Positions 15,201-31,117 are shown, numbered from the stretch's first letter. The stretch is 64,000 nt of DNA from Tubulanus polymorphus (GCF_964204645.1 NC_134028.1:3782001-3846000); one strand, 5' to 3'. The notes: generated from the letters alone by a model not told the origin. A program made the numbers and translations.

Positions 15201-18200
15201 TACTGACTTTTCAAATGAAAGGAGTGCCGTGTAGAAACGTGGAGTCGACAGAGACGCTGTTTGATTTTATGCCATGAATTTCAAACCCTTGATTCACCGG
15301 AGGTTATAATTATAGTTCCATCGTTTCGGCTCCTTTGACGACCGCGTACCCCGACTATTTCAATTCTACACTCACAGGATACTGCCAATTTTCTCTCGTA
15401 TGAAAAGACTCGTTCACTATCACCCTTACGAAATTATTCCCTCGGCATAAATAAACCATATCATAATACAAGATTCTTTCGCTGATAACTATTAATCTCT
15501 GGAAGAATAAGTAAAAACACAATATGATGAAAGTCCATCTCATCAATGCCAAATTTTTTGTAGGTGTTACTGATTTCAGTACAAGTCGACAGGCATCGCC
15601 ATTTTAGCATTTTACAGAAACGTTGGGATTTTTTAATTTCTATTCTAAATCATCAGTCATTAGCAGTTATTACATTTATTACTTATTTCATCGGTATTTG
15701 CCGGTCGAAAAACGAGCAAATATATGACAATGTCTTCTTCGTTTATTACCCGTTATTAACGCCATGAAATCCGATCTAAGTGTTATATATGGCGCTACGA
15801 TATCACCGGATATTAATCACGGCAATCAACAAATTAGCTGATTTTCCACATGACAAAGCAAACTTCAATATGTAGCCCAAATAAATTCCATAATTCTGAT
15901 TTATTTACCCAAATCATTCGGTGCGAACGAAGGAATATCGCATTGCGACACGTTCTCGTTTTATTTGCTTGCCACGACCCTGTCGCAGTACCAGCGCGCC
16001 AGCAGCTCCGATATAGTATTTTCTTTCACGGCCAATTCTCGGAATGTCGCCAATTGTTCGAGGGATATAAATCAAAGGCGATGAATTGATATATTGGACG
16101 TGAAAGGAAACTCGAATGGTTCACGTCATCTACTGCAGCATTCAAAGTCGTATTGGCTTTACGTGACGGAAAAACACGATCGTAGAGTGACTTTATAGTT
16201 TACCGGGCGCACAATAGCCGGAATCTATAAGATAAAATCCTCCAATACGGAAGAAATATGAGCCCGAAAAGTTTCCTTTGGCAAATGTTTTATTCGATAT
16301 TTTGACTAATAGTCACCTTCAGCAACACTACGAAGTTACAACATAATAATCAAATCTATATATACACAATCCATAACAGAGACTCATAGGTTTATGATAT
16401 ATTCAAACTAGAGATAATACAAATTCTAGCTGAAAAAAACATTTTCGGATTCTTTTTTCATATAAGTGGTGTGATCTTCGTTACAATACGGAAAGAAGAC
16501 TGTTTTGTTTATCTTACAAGTCGGAATATTCCTTTTACTCGCCACTAATAATGACACGTGACCAGATTTTATCGAGGAATCCAGAAAAGTACGAAATGCA
16601 AAGCGATCACGTGTGTTTGTACAAGTGATCGTAATTAATGTGAAGGTGAGCTGTACTTGTTGATATGGACATCATCAGAAAACTAGGATTCACCATTATT
16701 ATACCTGCAGGCATTTCACCGATAGACTGATACGGTGTAATGTTGCACTAATGACGAATTGAATCGAATGTATCTTGGCGATACACTCACACACGTAAAC
16801 ACATCTAATCCGATCCCATATATGGAGTCGAAGGTGTTCGATAAAGACTAGTTAGATGTGCAGAAAATGACTTTAAAATCGTTATCATATCTATTTAGAA
16901 ACGTTAGCGTGCATCGGGGTAGGCTCGATAATAGTCTGAACAAATTAAGTCGATGCCCATTTCGATAGAAACAGTGCTTTGAAGCTTGGTATTGAACTGG
17001 TATATAGATATCTTTGATGGTTGCTCAGAAAGTATTGAACGCATATTCTATTGAACTTTAAATTAGATTTCTTTGTCCACAAAATATATAAGAAAATATG
17101 ATGTAATCATCTACAGTTTAAAAAAGAATACCAACTACATGTATTTTTGTTTTTGTTTTTCCGACCTCTTTTGTATACTGTGCATATTGAACGTCTGAGC
17201 ATTCGCCGAAAATTGAAATTTCGCTTAATTTGATAAGCGTTTAGTCGATATATTTATGTATTTGAATATAGATCGGTTCGTTTGATTTCGTCTTGTTAGA
17301 CCACCTTACCCGCAGGGCTTAAGTATGATCTGGTAATCTGGAATATGTTTGCCTATTGGCATCATATTATACCATTAAGGGATTTCGCCATGTAGAAAAC
17401 CTCGATACAACAACGATGAAACATAACGACGTCAATATCTTGGAAAGTTATTCCCCTATCACCGGAGAACGTCGATGGATCAGTAAAACCTCTGTATTGT
17501 ATCACTCCCACGCCAGCAAGCTGCCAACGAACAGATTTACGCTTCAAACCTATCAGGATGAAACGATATCGTCAGTCATTAGAGTACCCATTGGACCCAT
17601 CGTAACAACGACAATGTCATAAAGCGCCCCCTGCATTCACTCTTTTGATTTCCGCTTCACACTTCGACAGTGGGCGTTTGTAGTGATTCAGGTGACATTG
17701 ATTTTAAAACCATTTTTTTTTCTGTTGTGACGAATGGTATTTTTTTCTCAATGTCACCACCTTATATGGACAGGAAATTACAAAAGGTACGGCCATGTTG
17801 CAGCGGGGGTGAGCTTTCTACGTCAGACTAAGTAGATGATGTCAGAAAAAATAGACAAATATGATACATACAATGGATACGGGGGCTGAATAGTTCATTT
17901 ATTAATGGCTGCAATCTTATCGTAATCTAAAATAACATCTCTACTCGTAAGTGTGAAAATATAAATCAATCCTATTTTTGATGATTTGCTCGGAAGAAAA
18001 TACACGTGGACTAAAAATACGGCAACTCAAATTTCAATAAACGATTGAATGAATGAACGAATCTAACCAGGTTTTCTTGTGGTTACTGGTTTTCGGGGAT
18101 ACATACACGCGACAGACTTCAACTGAAGGCCTCTAAAGCAACGCGTTTTTCGTATTTCTTTTCCACCGATATAAACGAACACGACTTCATCGTTTCGTCA

Positions 18201-21200
18201 CACGCAATGGTCGAATATCTTCTGGAAAACGGCATAAATGTCTAGACAATGGCCATCGTTTCTCATTAGGCTGTTCGTGAATAAATGATGGCCGCGTAAT
18301 ACACTGGTTTACCGTATTTTAAGACCACGTAGCTTGCGTGTTACGATACACTCAAATAATGAAGCCTGGTCCGATATAACCAACGTAACAAACAAATGTT
18401 TCCCGCGTCATAATATTTTCATTGCGGATTGAAATGATGATTTTTGCGATAGCAGCAGCAGTTACTAGTGAACCAGTGTTGATTCGTATGCTTGCCTGTT
18501 TCACCGCGGATACGTCGGCAATTCCTATATAACTACCATGTCGTTAGTTTAGTACCGACGACACGAAGACCCGAGAGCCATATTCCGTGTGATGATTTCG
18601 TCGCTACTAATGGGAATGATTTCGAAATAATGCGCAATACCAAAACCGAGTACCGCGTCCAGCGCAGTGGTGGACTCAGGTGCTGGTATGAAATGCAATA
18701 AAACGGACGCAATAAGCTCCATCCCGACACCGTATTAACGAAACCCATCGATTCTCGGCATAAAAGAAATAACCTGACGTATTCTAGGAAAAGTCTGGTT
18801 ATCTGATAAGCTAATTACTAGGACTGGTATCATACCACGAGATTGTGCCACTAGATCATTTACCCAGGCTGCGGTTCGCAATTTTTTTTTCTTCCATCAT
18901 AGCTAGCTGCAATGACGAGCTACGAATCTCGAAAATATATTCAACAGAAGTGGAAGAGATCATGCATTTCATACGATCGGGGGATACAAGAAACACATGC
19001 AATATAATAACACATAATTACTGTTATCTGCATCTCCTGTTTTCTCTGTAGCGGGGACAGTCTCGATGTTTTGTGACCGGCTACAGTTTGTCGGATTTTG
19101 AGTTACAATTATTAGAAAGGAAGATGTCAGTTAGATTATACATATTATACAACTCTACCTAGAAGTAATGAATTAAAATGATGATGTTTTATAATACTTT
19201 TGTACGATATTCGCTTACGAGTTAGAGGACCGTAGTAAGAGGTTAGGTAGGGAGGTCATTGATTTGAAATGGCGACTACAGTCCTGGATATAGGCCGGTA
19301 GAAGAATCGGCGTGGATTTGTTTGTATACACTATAAAAAACTATTTTGTTTTCGAAATAGCGTGCGGAAACACATTATGACGTGCGTACTGGAAATGACA
19401 AATATTTCGCGGTGTAAACATAATTATGGAATGTTCGCCCCTTGCTGATGAACGAAGCGATATGCAATCAGAGAATGTCTACTGTTAATGACATTTCGCT
19501 TAATGCAGACAGTGCACTTTCGTCTACGAATCCGTAGATCTTACTGCTTTTAAATGTTATGCGCTTAAATAGTGGAACCCTCATTACAAGTTACTTCCGT
19601 CGGATGAAAACTATTAACGGGTATAAATGAAACTCTTTTAGCTGATGCGAAATCACTAATTGACCTTTACGAAGACGTCAATATCGTGAATATCAAGAGG
19701 CTATTCGTCAACGCTTCTCGGAATCGTTGTAAATTCGAACGCTTACGTCATTTTCGACGTCAAATTCCTCCTTCAACGCGTCGAAAATTTGAAAACGAAA
19801 CATTGTACCCGAAAATCATCTCACCACGTGGTAAGAGGCGACGAGGTAAGCTCATTACGAAGTCTCAGTTGGACTTGAAAATCCAACAAAACTAAAGAGG
19901 ATTATAGTCATCATAGCGAATCATTCCTTCTATACGCTGAAACCTCTATTATCCATCTACGATGTGTAGGTCTATACCAGCTCGGTGAACTCTAAACCAG
20001 AACGAACACGCCTAATTACTATCATTTAGTCGACGTAATCAGAGGGAATTATACAAGGTTGATATTTCGTAACGATGGTCAATGACTGAGCGCAAACGTG
20101 TAACGGTTATGTCAGGTGCAGCTGTGTTTCCGTTGCGACCGCTGATCGAATGAGTTGTTTTTGATAAAGATAACGACTAAACTAATTTCGTCGAAGAACG
20201 GCTCGACTACTTGATTAGAAGGACGTTGTTTTTCTGTCACTTTTTATCGCTGTAAAAAGAAGCTCGGCGGTAACCAATGCGCAATGAATAAAACAAATGT
20301 CGGAATGGGTAAGACTTGCCAAACCTACTTATCGCATCAAACCGAAACATATACGGAGAATGCTTAAGTACCGGGAAAACAAACAAGTCGTGTTGTTGCT
20401 TTGGTACTGGTTTTTACCTTAACGGGGCTTTTTCTTCCTATGTTGCGCTATTAGGAAGCGAACACATCCGGCTTCGTGCCAAAAGTCATGGCCAAACCGA
20501 TAGAAATCGATAGAATGTCATTTTGCTCCACGGTCGTCATAAATCCCAAGGAAGAGAAAATCCTACATCGACTGACTTTAACCTCTTGTCTACTTAGTTC
20601 ATATCGAAAACATCGCGTATGATTCTCCATCAGTAATTGTGATTTGAGATTAAATGTAACCAGCAATGGAACCTGAGCTGTCGGAGCTTTGCATCGGCGT
20701 GTCGAAGTGGTACTCGGCTGCCGTGGTATCAGGAATGACACGTTTAGACTATACGTGAACACGTTCGATCTATATACGGCTATATAGTATTTCAGTAAAC
20801 GTCGTTATTTCCGGCCGAATTTCTGCTTCGTGTGTCACGAGACACGACGACATCAACCGAGTTTACACGTTAATATTCGTCTTGGTTTAATTAATCTGGA
20901 GACCAGACGTACGTCACGTCATGTAATTAATCATATAACGCACAGCAGTGTTTAAGGATCAACAACTTCTATGTAGATATACGGGCCTACCTGTGTGCTG
21001 ATAACATAAACAGTCAGGAAACTATTGATTGGCTTTCATTGCAGGGATCAGAAACTTCGGGTGCGATTAATATTGGTACTTTTAAGCACCTTGTGTATGG
21101 ACGTGAACCAGAGTTCATGTAGCCGTGTAGCTCGACTGTGCTCGGTTCCATCTAAAATGAGGGTTTTACATGGCCAGGGAGGTGGAAGAAATCCATAACC

Positions 21201-24200
21201 CGTAACCATTCACATCCATCACCCTGACATGATAGATCACCAAAATCAAGAAATCATCTAGTATCTTTTGTTGAGAGAGTGAACGTTTCCTACTGTATAG
21301 AGAAGACCATTGCGTGACACTGAAGCTTAGTGAACAAACACACAACATTACCGAAGCGTAATGGGTTGACAACAAAAAGAAAACAAGAAAGATGAATTAA
21401 TTTATATTGACGAAAAATGAAAATATTCATATGAAAAAAAAATGTTAGAAAAAATGCTGAGCGATGCGGTTTGTTGATTGATATTTGTATAGATGCGCGC
21501 GCGTGCGTGTACCCGGGATGCGAAACCTAACCTGACCCAACCAAAGAAAAGCCGAAGACCCTAAACGCTCAGCCAAACGCCCCGCTGTGAGCATAACGAC
21601 TAAATATGCGACCAGTTACTCGTGACGTCATACCAGACGCAGTGAGAAGTTGTGTGTATATCGTAAAACGCTAGCGCTATTTGAAAAATGACTCGCGCAA
21701 AGAAAATGATATATCATTGATCATTTAAAATTCATCAAAAGTTCATTCAGTTTAATAACGGTTAAACACGATCGGTTGAAACGAGGGATATTCAACTGGG
21801 ATATTCGTTCGGTTGCGGAGAGATTGCATGCCTGAAAACATAAATTTCAGTGATTGATCATTTGTATTCGAGGCGATCCATTTTCACGATCGCATTGGTG
21901 TGGGAATTGCGACCTAATACCAACATTAAAACCCACAAACTCCGTTCTGTGATATACGAGTTGGGTTAAAATACCGTAACGACTAGGATATGGTTAGGTT
22001 TACACTATCGATAAGCGATGAGCTTTACTTTCGAATCTCCTAATCGATTTAATCCGTTGAAATTGAACTCGTATCCAAATCACGTATCACGTTGAAGTCG
22101 ATGTCTGGTAATGAAACGTTGATTTTCCCACAGAATTGTTACAGTTCGCAAGTACTCTAATGATCGGATTAGAATCACGAGTGTCTTATCTTCGACGAAA
22201 TTATGTGTTCGTCTTCTCGAATTTCCGTACGACGCAGTGGATGGAAATCAGTCGCATGTAGATGCCTATCGTTTTACTTTTAAGATTTGCCTTCCACCGA
22301 TTACGTATGGCACGTTTGAAAGGCTCATATTTCACGATGAAAATAATTCCAATTATACTCGTCAGCGAAATGTCATTATAAGCGATCGGTATGGTCACGA
22401 AGTCAGCGCTCAATTTCCATGATGAAAGACAACCTCAATGGCTTCCGTCATTAACATTTTCATTCCCAGGGTAATTCCTAGAATTGACAGGTCACTCGCT
22501 GGGTGAAAACTATGACATTATTCGGCACATTTCACGCCATTTCAATTAACATTATGCTTATAGGCATACTGAGGAAAGTGTTAAGTTATTTCTTTAAATA
22601 AATGAAGAAGACTCAGAAGGATTTCGTATGATTTATTTTGATTTCTATCGTGGTAATGAAGAAAACTAATAAGAACCGAGTACTTCGACGTAAAAACATT
22701 ATCTCCATTAATGAAATTACCTTAAAGGGCAAGTAATTGACTGTTTGACAATACTGTACTATCTTATGGATTGAAGGTGTCTGAAAAAATTTTTACGCGC
22801 TGATTGATGTCATTAGAAGACTTTGGAATCGTTCCTTGGCGGAAATATGTTTCATTCTGACCGAACATTGACTCAGAGCGTGAATATTTTGCAGTCATGG
22901 CACTGTATATAGATGAAGTAATTACGGTCACCTACGGGTTACCTGTCTCCAGGGCCGACAGTATTTGAAAATGTTTTGAATATCTTATTTTCCGAATCGG
23001 ATTTCGAAGAGATGTTCACCGGTATAAATGGGCGTTCCGATTTATAACTATACCGCGATAGGATTACGCCCGATACCCGACCATCCCCTATAAGCATTTA
23101 GTACGATGCTAGTCATATACGTTTCCAATAATTATCAGACCGATTTACAATGATCGATAACTATACGCAGAGATCGTCGTAATAATTGATCATCCTTACG
23201 TGCAGATTTTTGCGCACTCTGATCGATGGTGTACGTTCTCATGGCCACTTCGCCAAGGCATTTTTACAATTTCCGATGTGCTACTAAAGCAGGTTTACGC
23301 GATATAATGGGGATGTTAAGGCTGGTTTTTGCGAGTGGTCGCCGGCCAGATTTTTCCTGCTCTCATAGGATACCGCCCTCAAAAACGCCAAAATGTCTAC
23401 TCCGAGCAGGCAAACGAGGCGTCAAGAGAAAACTAGCTGAAAACCGCTCGTAAAAAACAGCCATTTTTGTCCATACATTTTGTCTATGACTGTGAACCAG
23501 GTTTTAAATGTGCATAGTTCTACAGTCGAGATGCTGACATGAACATAAGATACGTTTTCTCTCGGCGTATATCATCATCGGATAGACGACGAAAAGGTCA
23601 CGAAATGTCAAAACGACTATCTTAGATTCGTAATTGGTATATCATTGACTAGTTATCTCAGGCAATTTTATCACCAGACATTTTCAATAGAACGAACGTA
23701 AATTGGGTGTCAGAATCAGCTGACCCCGTATCCCTTTTATAAATACGAAGGTCGTCACCTTTTCTTTGCAGACAAACAACTGGCGAGTTCAGGTTGGGCT
23801 TTCGGCAAAAACTGACTTGTATACCGTACTTCAGTAAATGCACCTATTACCGTATACGAATGACGTATGCAAGTCTACCAGGCATGTAGAAATTAAGAAT
23901 GATAAAAAACCAAGCCTTTAGATAATCGCTTTCATTGCCAGAATTAGTTGTAGTGCCTGAAGCTCATTTCTTTGAGATGCGCACAGAGTAAACGTCGAGG
24001 CTTTACTTTAAACCTGTGTTTCAATCTATTCTCATTTTTCCAGACGTCTAAAAGACCAGAGTTCAGTAAAATGGTCTTCAAGGTAACTACGATGCGACTA
24101 ATCAAGAAATTCTTCATTAGATGACGTTGCGTGGAAAATGTTATTCTCGAGCGGTATCAATGTATACCCACTCTCAAGTTTCAAACTTTAAGCCTGCAGT

Positions 24201-24512
24201 TTACATTTCAAGTTGTCGCAGTTCACATACCCGTAAACACTTACCAGTTAGCAATGACAATCGACGCATAGCCGGGAATGGATGGTTTCCGGATGTATCC
24301 AGAATGTCAAGTCGGTACGGTTCCCCTCGAATACGATAAACCTTACGGTGGAAGTCTTCGATTGTTGGCGTGTATTTCTCGTCGTATCGGTTGTACAAAA
24401 AGCGCTGAACGATCGACGTTTTACCGACCTTTGCCGAGCCGACGATTACCAGTCTGTGACAGTTTTTTGGCGGGGCATTTTCGGCTTCGTTCACAAGTGC
24501 CATCTTTCCCAT
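12259..24512 (-). CDS. RASD2: RASD-family small GTPase (Rhes/Dexras1-like), 271 aa, two coding exons
   Basis: Exons 24245-24512 and 12259-12806 are joined by a phase-1 GT-AG intron (LSLLTG|DLFILVF). Motifs: G1 GSAKVGKT, G2 YTPTIEDF, G3 DTSGNH (RASD-type, no Q61 equivalent), G4 NKMD, G5 ETSAK, the RASD tail PTEMSPSLHRK...RRPSI, and CaaX CVIQ. Probably co-orthologous to vertebrate RASD1 and RASD2. Confidence 0.93.
14169..14209 (-). ncRNA. Degenerate hammerhead motif copy in the RASD intron
   Basis: AUUC CUGAAA U GGCUAU UUGAAU AUAGUC GAAAC GUC GAAU AAA. Stem I is AUUC/GAAU; the CUGANGA box is one base short. Confidence 0.5.
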
Positions 24513-27276
24513 CTGGTTGGTTTATGTGGGATTCACGCGTGATAAAGCGACTGGATGTTTATACCAGTTATGACACGTTCAACTTCATATCATCCCTGAA
24601 AAAGTAGAATAAAGATGGTGATTAACTTTTTTTTCATGAATTGCTACCATGTAAAATGACGATCGTACTCTCCGACTCATGAAATCCCCCGCGGAGTACG
24701 GATCATTACCGCTGGAAACACGAAAAAAATAGCTCATTGTATCGGACGCCTCCGTGTGACTGCGAGAAAAGCTTTCCCATCTCTTCAGTAACTACCCACC
24801 TGTAGTCTGTTCAAATCCGCTCGGCAAATTAGACATAGACAGATTTTATCATAGATTTGTACCGCAGCCAAGTCAGTTAGTAGGCGAATGAAATACCATT
24901 TGCGGACTCCCACGTAACACTTTTCCGAATCGTGATCTATAGCTGACAATAGTAATAGAAAAAAGCCCTTGGCTAAAATTGACGTCTCTCGCAACTTCTT
25001 GAGGCTAATCACATAACGACATCTTCGATATTAAATATACTATTATCGATACAAAATGTGCCATTCACGTTACAAATATTAAAGTCGTGACTGATCTTAG
25101 ATCGCGCGTCAAATGTAACTCTAAAGATAACATGTATAATATATTTGTATTCGTTGTCGACGATTTGGTTAAGGTTAATTCTCAGAATGTAAGATTCGCT
25201 TTAAAGATTTCCTCACGTTTCCCAATGATTCGTTCAGCGGAACTATCAAACTCGAAATTTTATCAAGTTCACGTTCAGACGGTTTAACTCGTTTTTCAAA
25301 ATGGCTGCGGTGTTTTTCGGTGCGGTTTCTACCCCTCCCCCGGTCCTCATTTCGAGAGAATTCGACGATGCGTTGTGAATCGAATCAGCGTTCTTTTCGT
25401 TCCAGTTGATTTAATATGTACATACTGGAGCGAGGAGAACGTTGGCACGACAAGACAACTGACATTTCCTTTCCGTCACACGACCATCTCAACAACCGGT
25501 AGAATTCAATTCAATGCACCGCTATAGTTTTGAGTGATGCTGAACAACATTTCCGCGTATAGCACACAAAAACCTATGTTTATCCGTTCATTAATTGCAG
25601 TTACGCCGTGATGATTGTCAACGCTGATGCAGTCAAGAGTACTTATCATTCACGAAAGATTAACAGTTTTTCGCGGTGACGATCTATGAATTTTCGATTC
25701 GGTAGCAATAAAACAGATTCTCATTAACGCGTGTTAAATCAATTGCCGGTTGCTTGAAATGATTTGCACTTTCACTTGTTTCATGGGCGTGTATTTAATG
25801 CGACCATTATTTCCTACGATTTAATAACGAGCTGCCCCTGCGTTCGTAGTCTCGCCTATTTGTCAAATAAAATGGCTACAAAAACCTCATATCCGCCATC
25901 ATTAATTCTCGAGGTGAATGCGACGTGCGACGGGTTTCTTCACTTCTCGTCGTCGTAAATCTGGCAGAAGAATCATGCCGCGGTGATTCGCGTAAAATTA
26001 TGCGTAGATCTATCTATCTGGTGCATTATCAGCAAATCAGGCGAGGTCAGCTTCATACTTCATTGCAAGTCTCGGGGTTTATGGAAGCATAATTTTGTAG
26101 AAATAACTAACATTCAAATCGAAGGGATCGATGCAATGCTAGCTAGCTTGAGTAGCATTGTTTTTAGTTGCAAGTTTGTGTTTTAAATTGATTGTTTAAA
26201 GCTTATGTAATTTGTCGATAGCCGTTATGAAGGCCTTGGCCGAAACACCTTTTGTAACATGTTTGCGGAAAAGGGAGGCACATCGATGGATTCTTGTTTG
26301 CATGATCAAAAGGCAAATAGAGCTCGGAAGCCGGTGACAGTCGAATGTCGTGCACGAGTTTGTGTTCAAAGTGAAAAAAAGATAATTACGAAAATCGACC
26401 AGTATTCCAGGTGAATCAACAGTTGCGCTGGCAACAACTAGTTTATAACCGCACCTTACACTTAGTATAATACCACATTGTTTGAGAGTACTGAACTAAT
26501 TTTCAGCAATCCTGTGAATATATATAATGTATATACGGTTATATTTTCAGGACTCGAACCTGATCGATAAATGCTTCTTACGTTATCTTCTTGTAATATA
26601 TCTGACGTCATATCTTTATTCCATCGATGATCTTATATCGATGCGGTGATGGAAACCTCGAACGAAATCAACGACGTCGATGTTTCGTTCTACGGAACCA
26701 TTACTGCCAATGCAAGCAAAAAAATATCAAAACCCCTGAGACTATTTAGGTTTTCTATCTCACCCTCCGGGCATGTTGTCTGTCTTTGTAGGAATTTTTC
26801 TCTAAAAGGTAACGTTAGAAATACTTCGCGCTATTCGTAAAAGGAATCTCTGATAATTACGTTGCCAATGAAATACGCTGCAGCAGCAATGACTGACGCT
26901 GTATCGCCGTGAGATATAAACCGAAACAAGTCATGCCAGAAAACAATCACGCCAATGTGGCCAACCACCGTGGCTTATTTTCAGTGTAGCGGCAGATCTG
27001 AGTTGGCAGCGTCCAATTATTGAAGAATCCAAAGAAGCAAGGATCCGTACTATGCTTGTGCTTTAAGGCGCTCGTGTGTGAGAGAACGACTCCGCGTGGA
27101 CACGACTACCTGAACTGACTTGTGCTGATTAATGACAGGGACAGGCGGCTGATTTATTACGGTGCAGCCCGAAGTAAAAGGCAATAAAACCCAAATCTTG
27201 CGCGACCAATGAGTATTTTGTAAAGTAATGTGCGTGCAAAGTATTCATTACACCAAAACTGTTTCAACACGTCGTG

Positions 27277-27413
<137 letters not shown>

Positions 27414-28528
27414 TTTGTTCCTTCATCGATTAAAATGGAACACGATATAATCATCAAATTTGATGATAGAGCCATAAAGGCTTACGATAACTTGGAGGTT
27501 CGGGTCCCTTAAGAAGTCTAATGATAAGTAATGATTAAACGTAATTCGAGCCATTTAACCGAAATATGTTTCTTTTGTTTACAAAATTTCGCTCAAGTTC
27601 TTCAAGACCTACAAACGACGGGTACTTCAACGCGACAATAAGTTTTAAACGGCACCAGGGTGGATAAGTTGCGGGTATTACATATAGCCAAGGCAAATCG
27701 AAAGAATATCATGTTACAATAACATATTCCATGTATGCGGTTATGATGAATGGTGCGGTGACAATTATAGAAGGATTAATAACAAATTGGTTTACACGAG
27801 TCGAGTATTATAACGTATCCTTACAATATCGACTCGTCGATAAGTGTTAATGATACCCGGAAATGGCAGATCATAATAACCATATCGATTTCAAATCGAA
27901 AACTGAGATGTTAGTCGATGGTCAGACCATATGAGGCAATGGTCCGTGGTCATAGTCATAGTTATTAGTCATGTAATTCATTAATGCGAGTCATTAGTGA
28001 AATTGAAAATCATCAAATCACTCGAAAGCCCCATGTGAAATTGAATCTAATGTATTAAACACGGAATACGTTAGGTCTATTCAGACACAGCAATATGAAA
28101 ACGTGAAGTGCAATATTGCATAGAGGCTGCCTATCCTAGGACATTCTCCTGAATGGTAAAAAGATTAAATAACCGCAATGATCGCTTATACTGTTCATTG
28201 TTCGGCATCTTGTTTCAATTAATTGATATTTACACCACCTCTTTTTACATTTCCTTTTAATCGAGAACGCGACAGAATCGTTACGCTAAACAATCGCTGC
28301 GAGCTACGTCGGTTTCGTTCGATAATTAGTTTAAACCGCGGCGTCAACGTGTAATTAATTCTGCGCGTTTTTAAGGGGAAAAAATAGCGGTGTTCGTTCC
28401 GTCGATCGACAAGTGCGATCAATAGTCAGACCAGCAGAGCGCTTTAATGGTAATACGACGGACTAATCGGGCATAAGATTTATATACGTGTACGAAAGAA
28501 ATTCCACAATTATTTCGGCCAAAGAGTC

Positions 28529-28822
28529 AGTGGCGGATCCAGGGGTGCTCGTGGGCGTCCGGACACCCCCCCCCCACGCCTAAAATGTTGAGGTCCCTTA
28601 AAATTCCATCCTCAAATATTCCGGACTGAATGTATTCTGAAGAAAGGTCAAAATCAAGGTTGAACAACTGAAAAATACCAAAATTTTGGCGATTGATTAG
28701 CTGTTTTACAAACTCTAGAAGATCTAAACCATCATCGTCTATGTAAACAACGAAATTGCGACATTTTTCAGAAAAAATACCCTAAATTTCTTCCAGAGAC
28801 GCGTCCCTTTTCATCCGCCCTA
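28529..28822. mobile_element. Degenerate hAT-like MITE
   Basis: Left end CAGTGGCGGATCCAGGGG followed by a C-run; degenerate right end TCATCCGCCCTA. No 8-bp TSD is visible. Confidence 0.4.
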
Positions 28823-28833
28823 TATATTTGAGC

Positions 28834-28868
28834 AACGTTTCGGCTATAGACGAATAGCCATTATCAGA
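28834..28868 (-). ncRNA. Degenerate hammerhead motif copy
   Basis: CUGAUAA U GGCUAU UCGUCU AUAGCC GAAAC GUU; G8->A in the core. Confidence 0.55.
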
Positions 28869-30336
28869 CGTACGCGTACCTATTTTTCATTTGTGTTCGT
28901 GAAATATCGAATAAGTCTCAGATGAAATATAGATAAAATGTATCGTTCGTATATTATGCGCGGCTGGAAATATTCATAACCGTTTCGCGAGTCCTATTTC
29001 AGACAAACGATCCTGAATTATACATTGAACAGAAAAGATGGAAAAAGAAATATATATACACGAAGGATAAAGGCGTTAAATATCGACGAGGCGTCTATAC
29101 GAAATCGCGTATAAATATAGTCAACACCGGAATTGAGTTAAGAGGCGAGTGGGCAATTGATAAGGAAGGGAATTATCGAATATCATCGCTTGAATATTGT
29201 TTACAATTCAGATACAGTAAGATAGATGATACGATGAAAAGAAATTCGAAATAAATTCATCTTTATCCTAATTATGTTTGTATCATATTAGGAGATCGAT
29301 ATTCATTAGGTTTTGGAATGTTCAGGGCTTCCTCGAGATCTAGTAAGGGCAGGGTCTCTATTGAGGTTCCTTTCAAGGCAGGGATCGTCGTAACTGACAA
29401 AACCTGCAAATTTTACACTCTTGATTTTACACACTTAATTTCTACAAATTACAGATCGCAGATATTTCTTTAGAAATCCTCTAAAGCCTGCGTGTGGCTG
29501 CGTTACCCGAGGAATACTCCTCCTTCGCTATTGAACCCTTGCGCCTATTTTCCCCGTACTTCTTATGCACTTCTTACATCGAAACACTCTCTAGCCATCG
29601 CTTTAGATGAGTGCAATATACAAGCGAACGATTATGATAGAAAAACATGTTATCTTTGATTTAAAAGTCGTACGCCTCGAAATCTGATGGTAATCAATAA
29701 TGCGTTCTCCCAGCGCGTTTGATCCAGTTATCGAGAGACTGTGAATATCGACCATTAAAACCGATCAAATATTTGTCAGAATCTGCTTTCATCGCTACTC
29801 TTCCGGCTTTCGTGCACGACATACTGATCGACCATCGATCTATTGGGTCTATCGGTCTCACACCGGTATATCATTTTCTTTTTTTTCAAATATAACATTT
29901 AAAGAGCTTACTTTCACAGTCGGCTCTAATCCGTAGCTCTATTTCGTTTATGGCAGGCATCGATCGCTGTGCTAATGATTTCTGATGGCCTTGATGGCAC
30001 TTATAACTGAAGCCGCACGTTTGTCGAGTATCGAGACTCATCAATTTCTTCAACGGCTTCGGTGATTATTTCGAAGCAAAAGGTAGATATAGTACAGTTT
30101 ACATTTATCAGTGCGCTTTAAAACATTCGCTTTTTGAAGCTTTCATTGACATATTGAGCAGTGCTATTCGTATCTCCAGAACCTCCAGGAGATTCCTCCA
30201 TGAGACAAGCCGAAGAACACCTAAACGTAGACGAGAAGATACACAATATATCCGTGTATGATGATGACGAGAGAAATCCCACAATAACGAAGCCAAGATT
30301 GAAAAATTCTATATCAGAATGATTGTATTGAAGAGC

Positions 30337-30370
30337 GACGTTTCGGCTAACAACTGTTAGCCATCATCAT
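30337..30370 (-). ncRNA. Degenerate hammerhead motif copy
   Basis: AUGAUGA U GGCUAAC AGUU GUUAGCC GAAAC GUC; C3->A in the core, perfect 7-bp stem II. Confidence 0.55.
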
Positions 30371-31117
30371 CTCGTCACCTAAACGTACTTCGGAAGAACC
30401 ATCCATTCTAGTGTATCGTAATTCAAATTTGGTTGAATGCAGATAAAATTTTGACGTGTGAATTCGGTTAACACTAGCTTTACTTGATTGAACTATGCAT
30501 GCTATATTGGAAGGCCTGTTGAAACGGAAACCAATGCACTACCTCTAGCTATACATATTACTACAATAAACTTCCATCTAAATCTTTCGCAGGAAATATA
30601 AGGTACTACAAATATCTATATAAAGCGACTAGAACGCTTTAGGCAAGTATCTCGTGTCACAAATGGAACCCAGTAAATAAATCGATGCAACTGTTTACGT
30701 ATTTCGTGTAATTTGCCGAACAGGAACAATGCCAAGCGTTCATCATCTCTGTGATGGTTGATAGTTTATCATAACGTACGGTAAGTTATAGTGTCACGAG
30801 GGGGTCACCCAGTACTAATCGATCGGTAGAATTTGGGATAGGCAGATCAAAGTCGATAATTAAATGTCGTAATCGTTTTTCTTATCTAAATGCATCATCG
30901 GATGAAATATCACCTCACATATCTTTTGTATGCATATTTTTGAAATGTAGAAGTAGTACATGTTGATTTAAACTAAGCACTTACTCAAAGTCATAAACAT
31001 TCGATGGATTGTTGAATTTTGAGATTTTTGAAAATTTTGACATCTAAGATAAAATACTCTAGTTTCGTGTCCTTCAATGACTTATCAACACTACGACACC
31101 CGCGTCTCTCAACTTAC

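Noticed and set aside
26547-26566. tRNA T-arm/B-box (TCAGG TTCGAGT CCTGA on the - strand)
   Set aside because: No A-box, anticodon arm or acceptor stem; at most a SINE crumb.
27796-27837. Hairpin ACGAGTCGA...TCGACTCGT
   Set aside because: About 42 nt, too short for a pre-miRNA, and a single occurrence.
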